From assembly GCF_011045215.1 (NCBI RefSeq), contig NZ_CP049201.1: DNA of 64,000 nt. One strand, given 5' to 3'. A program made the translations under genes and the position numbers. A model generated the notes under the pieces. The model was not told where the DNA came from, did no database searches, and saw nothing but the letters and a program-made list of their open reading frames with translations. Origin of the DNA: Escherichia coli. Lineage in GTDB: Bacteria; Pseudomonadota; Gammaproteobacteria; Enterobacterales; Enterobacteriaceae. Each line of letters opens with the position of its first letter. The stretch's first letter is position 1. Of the stretch, positions 56,127 through 64,000 are shown one piece after another.

Positions 56127-57542
56127 GTGAAACAAAGCACTATTGCACTGGCACTCTTACCGTTACTGTTTACCCCTGTGACAAAAGCCCGGACACCAGA
56201 AATGCCTGTTCTGGAAAACCGGGCTGCTCAGGGCGATATTACTGCACCCGGCGGTGCTCGCCGCTTAACGGCTGATCAGACCGCCGCTCTGCGTGATTCT
56301 CTTAGCGATAAACCTGCAAAAAATATTATTTTGCTGATTGGCGATGGGATGGGGGATTCGGAAATTACTGCCGCACGTAATTATGCCGAAGGTGCGGGCG
56401 GCTTTTTTAAAGGTATCGATGCCTTACCGCTGACCGGGCAATACACTCACTATGCGCTGAATAAAAAAACCGGCAAACCGGACTACGTCACCGACTCGGC
56501 TGCATCAGCAACCGCCTGGTCAACCGGTGTCAAAACCTATAACGGCGCGCTGGGCGTCGATATTCACGAAAAAGATCACCCAACGATTCTGGAAATGGCA
56601 AAAGCCGCAGGTCTGGCGACCGGTAACGTTTCTACCGCAGAGTTGCAGGATGCCACGCCCGCTGCGCTGGTGGCACATGTGACCTCGCGCAAATGCTACG
56701 GTCCGAGCGCGACCAGTGAAAAATGTCCGGGTAACGCTCTGGAAAAAGGCGGAAAAGGATCGATTACCGAACAGCTGCTTAACGCTCGTGCCGACGTTAC
56801 GCTTGGCGGCGGCGCAAAAACCTTTGCTGAAACGGCAACCGCTGGTGAATGGCAGGGAAAAACGCTGCGTGAACAGGCACAGGCGCGTGGTTATCAGTTG
56901 GTGAGCGATGCTGCCTCACTGAATTCGGTGACGGAAGCGAATCAGCAAAAACCCCTGCTTGGCCTGTTTGCTGACGGCAATATGCCAGTGCGCTGGCTAG
57001 GACCGAAAGCAACATACCATGGCAATATCGATAAGCCCGCAGTCACCTGTACGCCTAATCCGCAACGTAATGACAGTGTACCAACCCTGGCGCAGATGAC
57101 CGACAAAGCCATTGAATTGTTGAGTAAAAATGAGAAAGGCTTTTTCCTGCAAGTTGAAGGTGCGTCAATCGATAAACAGGATCATGCTGCGAATCCTTGT
57201 GGGCAAATTGGCGAGACGGTCGATCTCGATGAAGCCGTACAACGGGCGCTGGAATTCGCTAAAAAGGAGGGTAACACGCTGGTCATAGTCACCGCTGATC
57301 ACGCCCACGCCAGCCAGATTGTTGCGCCGGATACCAAAGCTCCGGGCCTCACCCAGGCGCTAAATACCAAAGATGGCGCAGTGATGGTGATGAGTTACGG
57401 GAACTCCGAAGAGGATTCACAAGAACATACAGGCAGTCAGTTGCGTATTGCGGCGTATGGCCCGCATGCCGCCAATGTTGTTGGACTGACCGACCAGACC
57501 GATCTCTTCTACACCATGAAAGCCGCCCTGGGGCTGAAATAA
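56127..57542 (+). CDS. phoA: Alkaline phosphatase
   Basis: GTG start at 56127 with GGAGA upstream; [21 protein letters not shown] signal peptide; 471 aa. The ORF track extends 23 codons upstream. Confidence 0.93.
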   Translation: MKQSTIALALLPLLFTPVTKARTPEMPVLENRAAQGDITAPGGARRLTADQTAALRDSLSDKPAKNIILLIGDGMGDSEITAARNYAEGAGGFFKGIDALPLTGQYTHYALNKKTGKPDYVTDSAASATAWSTGVKTYNGALGVDIHEKDHPTILEMAKAAGLATGNVSTAELQDATPAALVAHVTSRKCYGPSATSEKCPGNALEKGGKGSITEQLLNARADVTLGGGAKTFAETATAGEWQGKTLREQAQARGYQLVSDAASLNSVTEANQQKPLLGLFADGNMPVRWLGPKATYHGNIDKPAVTCTPNPQRNDSVPTLAQMTDKAIELLSKNEKGFFLQVEGASIDKQDHAANPCGQIGETVDLDEAVQRALEFAKKEGNTLVIVTADHAHASQIVAPDTKAPGLTQALNTKDGAVMVMSYGNSEEDSQEHTGSQLRIAAYGPHAANVVGLTDQTDLFYTMKAALGLK

Positions 57543-57549
57543 AACCGCG

Positions 57550-57586
57550 CCCGGCAGTGAATTTTCGCTGCCGGGTGGTTTTTTTG
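57550..57586 (+). terminator. Rho-independent terminator downstream of phoA
   Basis: Stem cccggcag / ctgccggg around a 10-nt loop, followed by tggttttttt. Confidence 0.8.
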
Positions 57587-57660
57587 CTGTTAGCAACCAG
57601 ACTTAATGGCAGATCACAGGCGCATACGCTCATGGTTAAAACATGAAGAGGGATGGTGCT

Positions 57661-57981
57661 ATGAAAATTACATTACTGGTTACCTTGCTTTTCGGTCTGG
57701 TTTTTTTAACCACCGTCGGCGCTGCCGAGAGAACCTTAACCCCACAACAACAGCGTATGACCTCCTGTAATCAGCAGGCGACGGCGCAGGCGTTGAAAGG
57801 GGATGCTCGTAAGACCTACATGAGTGATTGCCTGAAGAACAGCAAGTCTGCGCCTGGTGAAAAAAGTTTGACGCCACAGCAGCAAAAGATGCGCGAATGT
57901 AATAATCAAGCAACGCAACAATCTCTGAAAGGTGATGATCGTAATAAGTTTATGAGCGCCTGCCTCAAGAAAGCCGCCTGA
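57661..57981 (+). CDS. psiF: Phosphate starvation-inducible protein PsiF
   Basis: Protein MKITLLVTLLFGLVFLTTVGA... with two LTPQQQ(R/K)M..C repeats; 106 aa. The ORF track starts 6 codons upstream. Confidence 0.88.
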   Translation: MKITLLVTLLFGLVFLTTVGAAERTLTPQQQRMTSCNQQATAQALKGDARKTYMSDCLKNSKSAPGEKSLTPQQQKMRECNNQATQQSLKGDDRNKFMSACLKKAA

Positions 57982-58082
57982 CACCTGATAGTGCTAACGG
58001 GTGAGCTACGAAAATGGCTCACCCGAAATTTCATACTTCTGCCTTTAGCCCCGTCTCTATAATTTGGGAAAATTGTTTCTGA

Positions 58083-59198
58083 ATGTTCCCAAAAATAATG
58101 AATGATGAAAACTTTTTCAAAAAAGCGGCGGCGCACGGGGAGGAACCTCCTTTAACTCCTCAAAACGAACATCAGCGGTCCGGGCTGCGCTTCGCCCGTC
58201 GCGTCAGACTACCCCGCGCGGTTGGTCTGGCTGGCATGTTCTTACCGATTGCTTCAACGCTGGTTTCGCACCCGCCGCCGGGCTGGTGGTGGCTGGTGTT
58301 GGTCGGCTGGGCGTTCGTCTGGCCGCATTTAGCCTGGCAGATAGCGAGCAGGGCCGTCGATCCGCTTAGCCGGGAAATTTACAACTTAAAAACCGATGCA
58401 GTATTAGCGGGAATGTGGGTAGGCGTAATGGGCGTAAACGTGCTGCCTTCCACCGCGATGTTGATGATTATGTGTCTGAATTTGATGGGGGCAGGCGGCC
58501 CCCGTCTGTTTGTCGCGGGTCTGGTGTTGATGGTGGTTTCCTGCCTTGTCACCCTCGAGCTGACGGGCATCACCGTGTCGTTCAATAGTGCGCCGCTGGA
58601 ATGGTGGCTCTCCCTTCCCATTATTGTCATTTATCCTCTGCTGTTTGGCTGGGTCAGCTACCAGACGGCGACTAAACTGGCGGAACATAAACGCAGGTTG
58701 CAGGTCATGAGTACCCGCGACGGCATGACGGGCGTGTATAACCGACGTCATTGGGAAACTATGTTACGCAATGAATTTGATAACTGTCGGCGGCATAATC
58801 GCGATGCAACGTTACTGATTATCGATATCGACCATTTCAAGAGCATCAACGATACCTGGGGCCATGATGTGGGCGATGAAGCGATTGTGGCGCTTACCCG
58901 ACAGTTACAAATTACCCTGCGCGGTAGCGATGTGATTGGTCGGTTTGGCGGCGATGAGTTTGCAGTAATCATGTCCGGTACGCCAGCTGAGAGCGCCATT
59001 ACCGCCATGTTACGGGTGCATGAAGGGCTAAATACATTACGTTTGCCGAATACGCCACAGGTAACTTTACGGATTAGTGTGGGGGTTGCGCCGCTGAACC
59101 CACAAATGAGTCACTATCGTGATTGGTTGAAATCGGCAGATTTGGCGCTTTACAAAGCAAAGAAAGCCGGACGTAACCGCACCGAAGTGGCGGCCTGA
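58083..59198 (+). CDS. dgcC: Diguanylate cyclase DgcC (AdrA; MASE2 domain plus GGDEF)
   Basis: 371-aa ORF with an N-terminal membrane domain and a C-terminal GGDEF domain (RFGGDEF). Confidence 0.92.
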   Translation: MFPKIMNDENFFKKAAAHGEEPPLTPQNEHQRSGLRFARRVRLPRAVGLAGMFLPIASTLVSHPPPGWWWLVLVGWAFVWPHLAWQIASRAVDPLSREIYNLKTDAVLAGMWVGVMGVNVLPSTAMLMIMCLNLMGAGGPRLFVAGLVLMVVSCLVTLELTGITVSFNSAPLEWWLSLPIIVIYPLLFGWVSYQTATKLAEHKRRLQVMSTRDGMTGVYNRRHWETMLRNEFDNCRRHNRDATLLIIDIDHFKSINDTWGHDVGDEAIVALTRQLQITLRGSDVIGRFGGDEFAVIMSGTPAESAITAMLRVHEGLNTLRLPNTPQVTLRISVGVAPLNPQMSHYRDWLKSADLALYKAKKAGRNRTEVAA

Positions 59199-59214
59199 CG
59201 TCCGGCGAAAGTCA

Positions 59215-60024
59215 TCAGGATTTGCTGAGTTTTTCTGATTTTTCCATACACTTCGTCATCGCTTCGATCACTGCAGCACGGAAGCCTTTCTCTTCCAGTA
59301 CGCGTACCGCTTCAATGGTGGTGCCTCCCGGTGAGCAGACCATATCTTTCAGTGCCCCCGGATGTTCTCCCGTTTCCAGCACCATTTTTGCGGAACCCAT
59401 TACCGCCTGAGCGGCAAATTTATACGCCTGGGCACGTGGCATCCCGCCCAGCACGGCGGCGTCGGCCATCGCTTCGATAAACATAAATACGTAGGCTGGC
59501 GAAGAACCGCTCACACCGACCACCGGGTGGATCATCGGCTCAGCAATTACTTCCGCTTCGCCAAAGCAGCGGAAAATATTCAGCACATCAGCGGTATCTT
59601 CTGGGGTTACCAGCGCGTTTGGCGTTACGGAGGTCATCCCGGCATTAACCAGCGCGGGAGTGTTCGGCATGGCGCGGATAATTTTCCGGTCATGGCCCAG
59701 CGCGCGGGCAAGCTGGTCGAGCGTGACACCTGCAGCAATAGAAACGACCAGAGAGTCTTTATTCAGGCTGGAGGTGATTTCGCTAAGCACTTTAATCATG
59801 ATGCCAGGTTTAACGGCAGCAAAAATGATGTCGGCGATTTGCGCCACTTCTTGCGCCGATTCTGCGGCGTTGATGCCGAACTGGTCATGCAGGGCGGCGA
59901 CTTTATCCGGGGAGGGGGTGTATACCCAGATTTGCCCTGGAAGCACCTGACCGCTGGCAATCAGACCGCCGAGAATGGCTTTTCCCATATTGCCGCAGCC
60001 AATAAAACCGATTTTCTTTTCCAT
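59215..60024 (-). CDS. proC: Pyrroline-5-carboxylate reductase
   Basis: Protein [27 protein letters not shown]..., 269 aa. The ORF track extends 36 codons upstream. Confidence 0.93.
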   Translation of the reverse strand: MEKKIGFIGCGNMGKAILGGLIASGQVLPGQIWVYTPSPDKVAALHDQFGINAAESAQEVAQIADIIFAAVKPGIMIKVLSEITSSLNKDSLVVSIAAGVTLDQLARALGHDRKIIRAMPNTPALVNAGMTSVTPNALVTPEDTADVLNIFRCFGEAEVIAEPMIHPVVGVSGSSPAYVFMFIEAMADAAVLGGMPRAQAYKFAAQAVMGSAKMVLETGEHPGALKDMVCSPGGTTIEAVRVLEEKGFRAAVIEAMTKCMEKSEKLSKS

Positions 60025-60143
60025 TGCCTCACTCCTGCCGTGAAATTCATTGTTTTGATAATCGCTGGCAGAAGCATAAACAGAACTATGCCGGAAGGCA
60101 AAAGCGCGACACAATAGAGGATTACCCAACAAAGGATGACTTT

Positions 60144-60602
60144 ATGACAATTTGGGTGGATGCCGACGCGTGTCCCAATGTAATTAAAGAGATTTTGTAT
60201 CGCGCGGCGGAACGTATGCAGATGCCGCTGGTACTGGTAGCAAACCAGAGTTTACGCGTGCCGCCATCGCGATTTATTCGTACGCTGCGCGTCGCGGCAG
60301 GTTTCGACGTTGCCGATAACGAAATTGTCCGGCAGTGTGAAGCGGGCGATTTGGTGATCACCGCAGATATACCTTTGGCTGCTGAAGCCATCGAGAAAGG
60401 CGCTGCGGCGCTTAATCCGCGCGGCGAACGTTACACGCCAGCGACCATTCGTGAGCGCCTGACGATGCGCGATTTTATGGATACCTTACGTGCCAGTGGG
60501 ATCCAGACCGGCGGACCAGATAGCCTTTCACAACGTGACCGCCAGGCCTTTGCCGCGGAGCTGGAGAAGTGGTGGCTGGAAGTGCAACGTAGTCGTGGCT
60601 AA
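60144..60602 (+). CDS. yaiI: UPF0178 protein YaiI (DUF188)
   Basis: Protein [34 protein letters not shown]..., 152 aa. The ORF track extends 40 codons upstream into proC. Confidence 0.85.
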   Translation: MTIWVDADACPNVIKEILYRAAERMQMPLVLVANQSLRVPPSRFIRTLRVAAGFDVADNEIVRQCEAGDLVITADIPLAAEAIEKGAAALNPRGERYTPATIRERLTMRDFMDTLRASGIQTGGPDSLSQRDRQAFAAELEKWWLEVQRSRG

Positions 60603-60603
60603 A

Positions 60604-60621
60604 TGTAATTTATTATTTACA
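60604..60621 (+). promoter_or_regulatory. TyrR box 1 upstream of aroL
   Basis: TGTAAT-N6-TTTACA matches the TyrR box consensus TGTAAA-N6-TTTACA. Confidence 0.7.
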
Positions 60622-60679
60622 CTTCATTCTTGAATATTTATTGGTATAGTAAGGGATGTATTGAGATTTTCACTTTAAG

Positions 60680-60697
60680 TGGAATTTTTTCTTTACA
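60680..60697 (+). promoter_or_regulatory. TyrR box 2 upstream of aroL
   Basis: TGGAAT-N6-TTTACA. Confidence 0.6.
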
Positions 60698-60706
60698 ATC
60701 GAAATT

Positions 60707-60725
60707 GTACTAGTTTGATGGTATG
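60707..60725 (+). promoter_or_regulatory. Candidate TrpR operator upstream of aroL
   Basis: GTACTAGTTTGATGGTATG contains the TrpR half-site core ACTAGT. Confidence 0.55.
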
Positions 60726-60784
60726 ATCGCTATTCTCATGACACCGGCTTTCGCCGCATTGCGACCTATTGGGGAAAACCCACG

Positions 60785-61309
60785 ATGACACAACCTCTTT
60801 TTCTGATCGGGCCTCGGGGCTGTGGTAAAACAACGGTCGGAATGGCCCTTGCCGATTCGCTTAACCGTCGGTTTGTCGATACCGATCAGTGGTTGCAATC
60901 ACAGCTCAATATGACGGTCGCGGAGATCGTCGAAAGGGAAGAGTGGGCGGGATTTCGCGCCAGAGAAACGGCGGCGCTGGAAGCGGTAACTGCGCCATCC
61001 ACCGTTATCGCCACGGGGGGCGGCATTATTCTGACGGAATTTAATCGTCGCTTCATGCAAAATAACGGAATCGTGGTTTATTTGTGTGCGCCAGTTTCAG
61101 TCCTGGTTAACCGACTGCAAGCTGCACCGGAAGAAGATTTACGGCCAACCTTAACGGGAAAACCTCTGAGCGAAGAAGTTCAGGAAGTGCTGGAAGAGCG
61201 CGATGCGCTATATCGCGAAGTTGCGCATATTATCATCGACGCAACAAACGAACCCAGCCAGGTGATTTCTGAAATTCGTAGCGCCCTGGCACAGACGATC
61301 AATTGTTGA
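60785..61309 (+). CDS. aroL: Shikimate kinase II
   Basis: 174-aa [29 protein letters not shown]..., with a P-loop. Confidence 0.95.
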   Translation: MTQPLFLIGPRGCGKTTVGMALADSLNRRFVDTDQWLQSQLNMTVAEIVEREEWAGFRARETAALEAVTAPSTVIATGGGIILTEFNRRFMQNNGIVVYLCAPVSVLVNRLQAAPEEDLRPTLTGKPLSEEVQEVLEERDALYREVAHIIIDATNEPSQVISEIRSALAQTINC

Positions 61310-61349
61310 TTTTAGAGCGCCTATACTTAACGTTCATCCCGTGAAATAA

Positions 61350-61550
<201 letters not shown>

Positions 61551-61807
61551 CCGCATCAGACTGCTCGGAAGGGAGTCTGAGTGCCACTACAAGGGATCTG
61601 CGTCACATTTTTCATAATTCATGTTTTTCTAATAATTAGAATATTAAACAATAACAATCCATTACTGGAATCATTTGGAATCTTTACATTATGTCGTGCA
61701 CGTCTGCTGCTACGCTTTTTGTCATTTGTAGCACAAGTAAGTGTCAGCAGTGGTGCTTCACACTTGCCCGGTAATTAACGACGAAAGAAAAGTAAGGTGG
61801 AAGAACA

Positions 61808-62485
61808 ATGAGTGCGTCGTTGGCGATCCTGACCATCGGCATTGTACCTATGCAGGAAGTTTTGCCGCTCCTGACGGAATACATTGACGAAGATAATATT
61901 TCCCATCATAGCCTGCTGGGGAAGTTAAGTCGTGAAGAAGTGATGGCGGAGTACGCGCCAGAAGCAGGCGAAGACACCATTCTCACATTATTAAATGACA
62001 ACCATCTGGCCCATGTTTCGCGTCGCAAAGTAGAGCGTGACCTGCAAGGTGTGGTTGAAGTGCTCGATAATCAGGGCTACGACGTCATTTTATTAATGAG
62101 TACAGCAAACATTAGTAGTATGACTGCGCGTAATACGATCTTTCTTGAGCCGTCGCGAATATTGCCTCCACTGGTTTCCTCTATTGTTGAAGATCATCAG
62201 GTGGGGGTTATCGTTCCGGTTGAGGAGATGCTGCCCGTTCAGGCGCAAAAATGGCAAATTTTGCAGAAATCGCCGGTATTTTCATTGGGTAACCCCATTC
62301 ATGATTCAGAACAAAAAATCATTGACGCCGGGAAAGAATTACTGGCAAAAGGGGCTGATGTCATCATGCTGGATTGTTTAGGATTTCACCAACGTCATCG
62401 CGATTTACTGCAAAAACAGCTCGATGTTCCTGTCTTGCTGTCTAACGTATTGATTGCACGGCTAGCTGCGGAATTACTGGTGTAA
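61808..62485 (+). CDS. aroM: AroM protein (function unknown, co-transcribed with aroL)
   Basis: 225-aa [29 protein letters not shown]..., with AAGGTGGAAG Shine-Dalgarno. Confidence 0.9.
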   Translation: MSASLAILTIGIVPMQEVLPLLTEYIDEDNISHHSLLGKLSREEVMAEYAPEAGEDTILTLLNDNHLAHVSRRKVERDLQGVVEVLDNQGYDVILLMSTANISSMTARNTIFLEPSRILPPLVSSIVEDHQVGVIVPVEEMLPVQAQKWQILQKSPVFSLGNPIHDSEQKIIDAGKELLAKGADVIMLDCLGFHQRHRDLLQKQLDVPVLLSNVLIARLAAELLV

Positions 62486-62556
62486 TTTTGCGTGACAGCC
62501 AGCGCCTCTGGCCCCTATAGTGAAGTAGATGTTCAACTACCAGACAGGGCCAGTTT

Positions 62557-62841
62557 ATGCTTCAAAGTAATGAGTACTTTTCCGGCAAAGTGAAATCGAT
62601 CGGCTTTTCCAGCAGCAGCACTGGTCGCGCCAGCGTGGGTGTTATGGTTGAAGGCGAATACACCTTCAGCACCGCTGAGCCGGAAGAGATGACGGTAATC
62701 AGTGGCGCGCTGAATGTGTTACTGCCTGACGCGACCGACTGGCAAGTGTATGAAGCCGGTTCGGTGTTTAATGTTCCCGGTCACAGTGAGTTTCATCTGC
62801 AAGTTGCCGAACCCACCTCTTATCTGTGCCGCTATCTGTAA
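62557..62841 (+). CDS. ppnP: Pyrimidine/purine nucleoside phosphorylase PpnP (YaiE)
   Basis: 94-aa [33 protein letters not shown]... Confidence 0.9.
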
Positions 62842-62847
62842 TTCCTC

Positions 62848-62876
62848 GCCTTCCCCTTGAACGGGAGGGCATTTTT
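62848..62876 (+). terminator. Probable rho-independent terminator after ppnP
   Basis: Imperfect 8-bp stem, gccttccc / gggagggc, around loop cttgaac, followed by attttt. Confidence 0.6.
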
Positions 62877-62984
62877 CTGAAATATCCTCTCTTTAACCCA
62901 TAATAATATTTCCTTTGCTGCGATTTTTTCAATTTCCGATATATTCATAATTCATCAAGGTTGATATAAATATCATTGAAGATT

Positions 62985-64000
62985 ATGAATAGAATTAATA
63001 TATTGGTCATCTGTATGGTCGTATTTTTTATGACTGGCAATGCATGTGCCACAGAGTGGATCAGTAGCGAGGAGCTTATCACCTCTGACTTTCATCTTAT
63101 GACGGCAGATGAGCGCAACGTGGTTAAAGCGGCAACCGACGATAGTATGGAAGCTGCTTATATGCTAAAAGATAATATCCGCTGGTATTATCATAATGGT
63201 GACCTATCATTACCCGCTAACTTCAGCAATAAAAATAAACTGGTGGTAAACGGTAATTTAACGATTTCCGGCGATTATGATGATTATCTGTCAGGTAATG
63301 GTCATCTGATTGTATTAGGTAATGTTATTGTCGATAACTTTATTAATCATGATTTCGCGTATGTCAAAGGACAGATGACAGCGAAAGGTTTAGTTTATGC
63401 TGATTACAATGATCATAACTTTGAAGTGATGAAGGGAATTAGTGCGCGAGGCATTATTGTTTCCGATAAAGCAACGCAATTTGAAGTCATTAAAGCTGAA
63501 TTTTATATCAATGAAGATGGAAGTGGTGAAGGATATAACTGGGATGAGAATATTCAAAAAGCCTATTCACTGGTGACTGCCGATCTTTATGATCACACTG
63601 AAATCGAAACCGATAACATTTCCAATGCGTATCCTGACTATGATAGCGTCGCAGACAACATCGTTCAGGGTTTACCGCTTTTTCGAGATAAAGCCGTTCC
63701 TGAAATTAATGAGAAATTAAAATGGATTGAAACGGGGAAACTCGATAATTTCCCAGCGAATAAAATAAAGCATCAAGATCCACTGGTGGCACGTTTTCTG
63801 ACTCATACAGAGAGTTTATCACCCGCCGTTATGCTGCAACTGTTACAGCACCCCGATGACCAGACGCGTGAATCGATGGCGCAGTCCTGGCCCGCTCAAC
63901 AGATGCATTTGCTTACCGATGAATTAATTAAAGATGAGGCTGTTGCCAGAGGGCTGGTTAAAAACAGTAATATTTCCGCCGATGTGAATAAAAAATTAAT
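62985..64000 (+). CDS. Hypothetical secreted protein, 5' part; the ORF is still open at the window end
   Basis: ATG at 62985, then MNRINILVICMVVFFMTGNACATEWISSEEL... with a signal-peptide-like N-terminus. The frame was checked by hand line by line to 64000 and contains no stop (at least 338 codons). I do not recognise the sequence. Confidence 0.5.
   Translation, partial: MNRINILVICMVVFFMTGNACATEWISSEELITSDFHLMTADERNVVKAATDDSMEAAYMLKDNIRWYYHNGDLSLPANFSNKNKLVVNGNLTISGDYDDYLSGNGHLIVLGNVIVDNFINHDFAYVKGQMTAKGLVYADYNDHNFEVMKGISARGIIVSDKATQFEVIKAEFYINEDGSGEGYNWDENIQKAYSLVTADLYDHTEIETDNISNAYPDYDSVADNIVQGLPLFRDKAVPEINEKLKWIETGKLDNFPANKIKHQDPLVARFLTHTESLSPAVMLQLLQHPDDQTRESMAQSWPAQQMHLLTDELIKDEAVARGLVKNSNISADVNKKL

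Noticed and set aside
61581-61778. 65-aa ORF between yaiA and aroM
   Set aside because: No ribosome-binding site and an AT-rich, low-complexity product; more likely a leader or promoter region for aroM.

Overview
This window reads as a contiguous Escherichia coli chromosomal segment running from prpR to ppnP, with gene order prpR-prpBCDE, codBA, cynR-cynTSX, lacAYZ-lacI, mhpR-mhpABCDFE-mhpT, yaiL, frmRAB, then a six-gene minus-strand block, then tauABCD, hemB, yaiT, yaiV, ampH, sbmA, yaiW, yaiY, yaiZ, ddlA, iraP, phoA, psiF, dgcC(adrA), proC, yaiI, aroL, yaiA, aroM, ppnP and a final ORF that runs off the 3' end. Gene identities are assigned by reading the translated ORFs against remembered E. 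coli K-12 proteins; no database search was run. The strain is not K-12: lacZ and the lac control region carry point differences, and no IS elements or yaiO/yaiX/yaiP/yaiS genes lie between frmR and tauA. The most interesting feature is that six-gene block (32705-40497): a UhpA/UhpB/UhpC-like two-component sugar-phosphate sensing triad placed directly upstream of, and translationally coupled to, an AfuABC-type ABC importer. Other points worth a second look are an in-frame TGA splitting cynX, a ~9.5-copy tandem array of ~94-bp REP/BIME units after prpE, an intact 992-aa YaiT autotransporter behind an AT-rich leader, a perfect hairpin over the first ATG of yaiV, and an unfamiliar signal-peptide ORF at 62985 onward. 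Start codons were corrected where the ORF track over-extended upstream.
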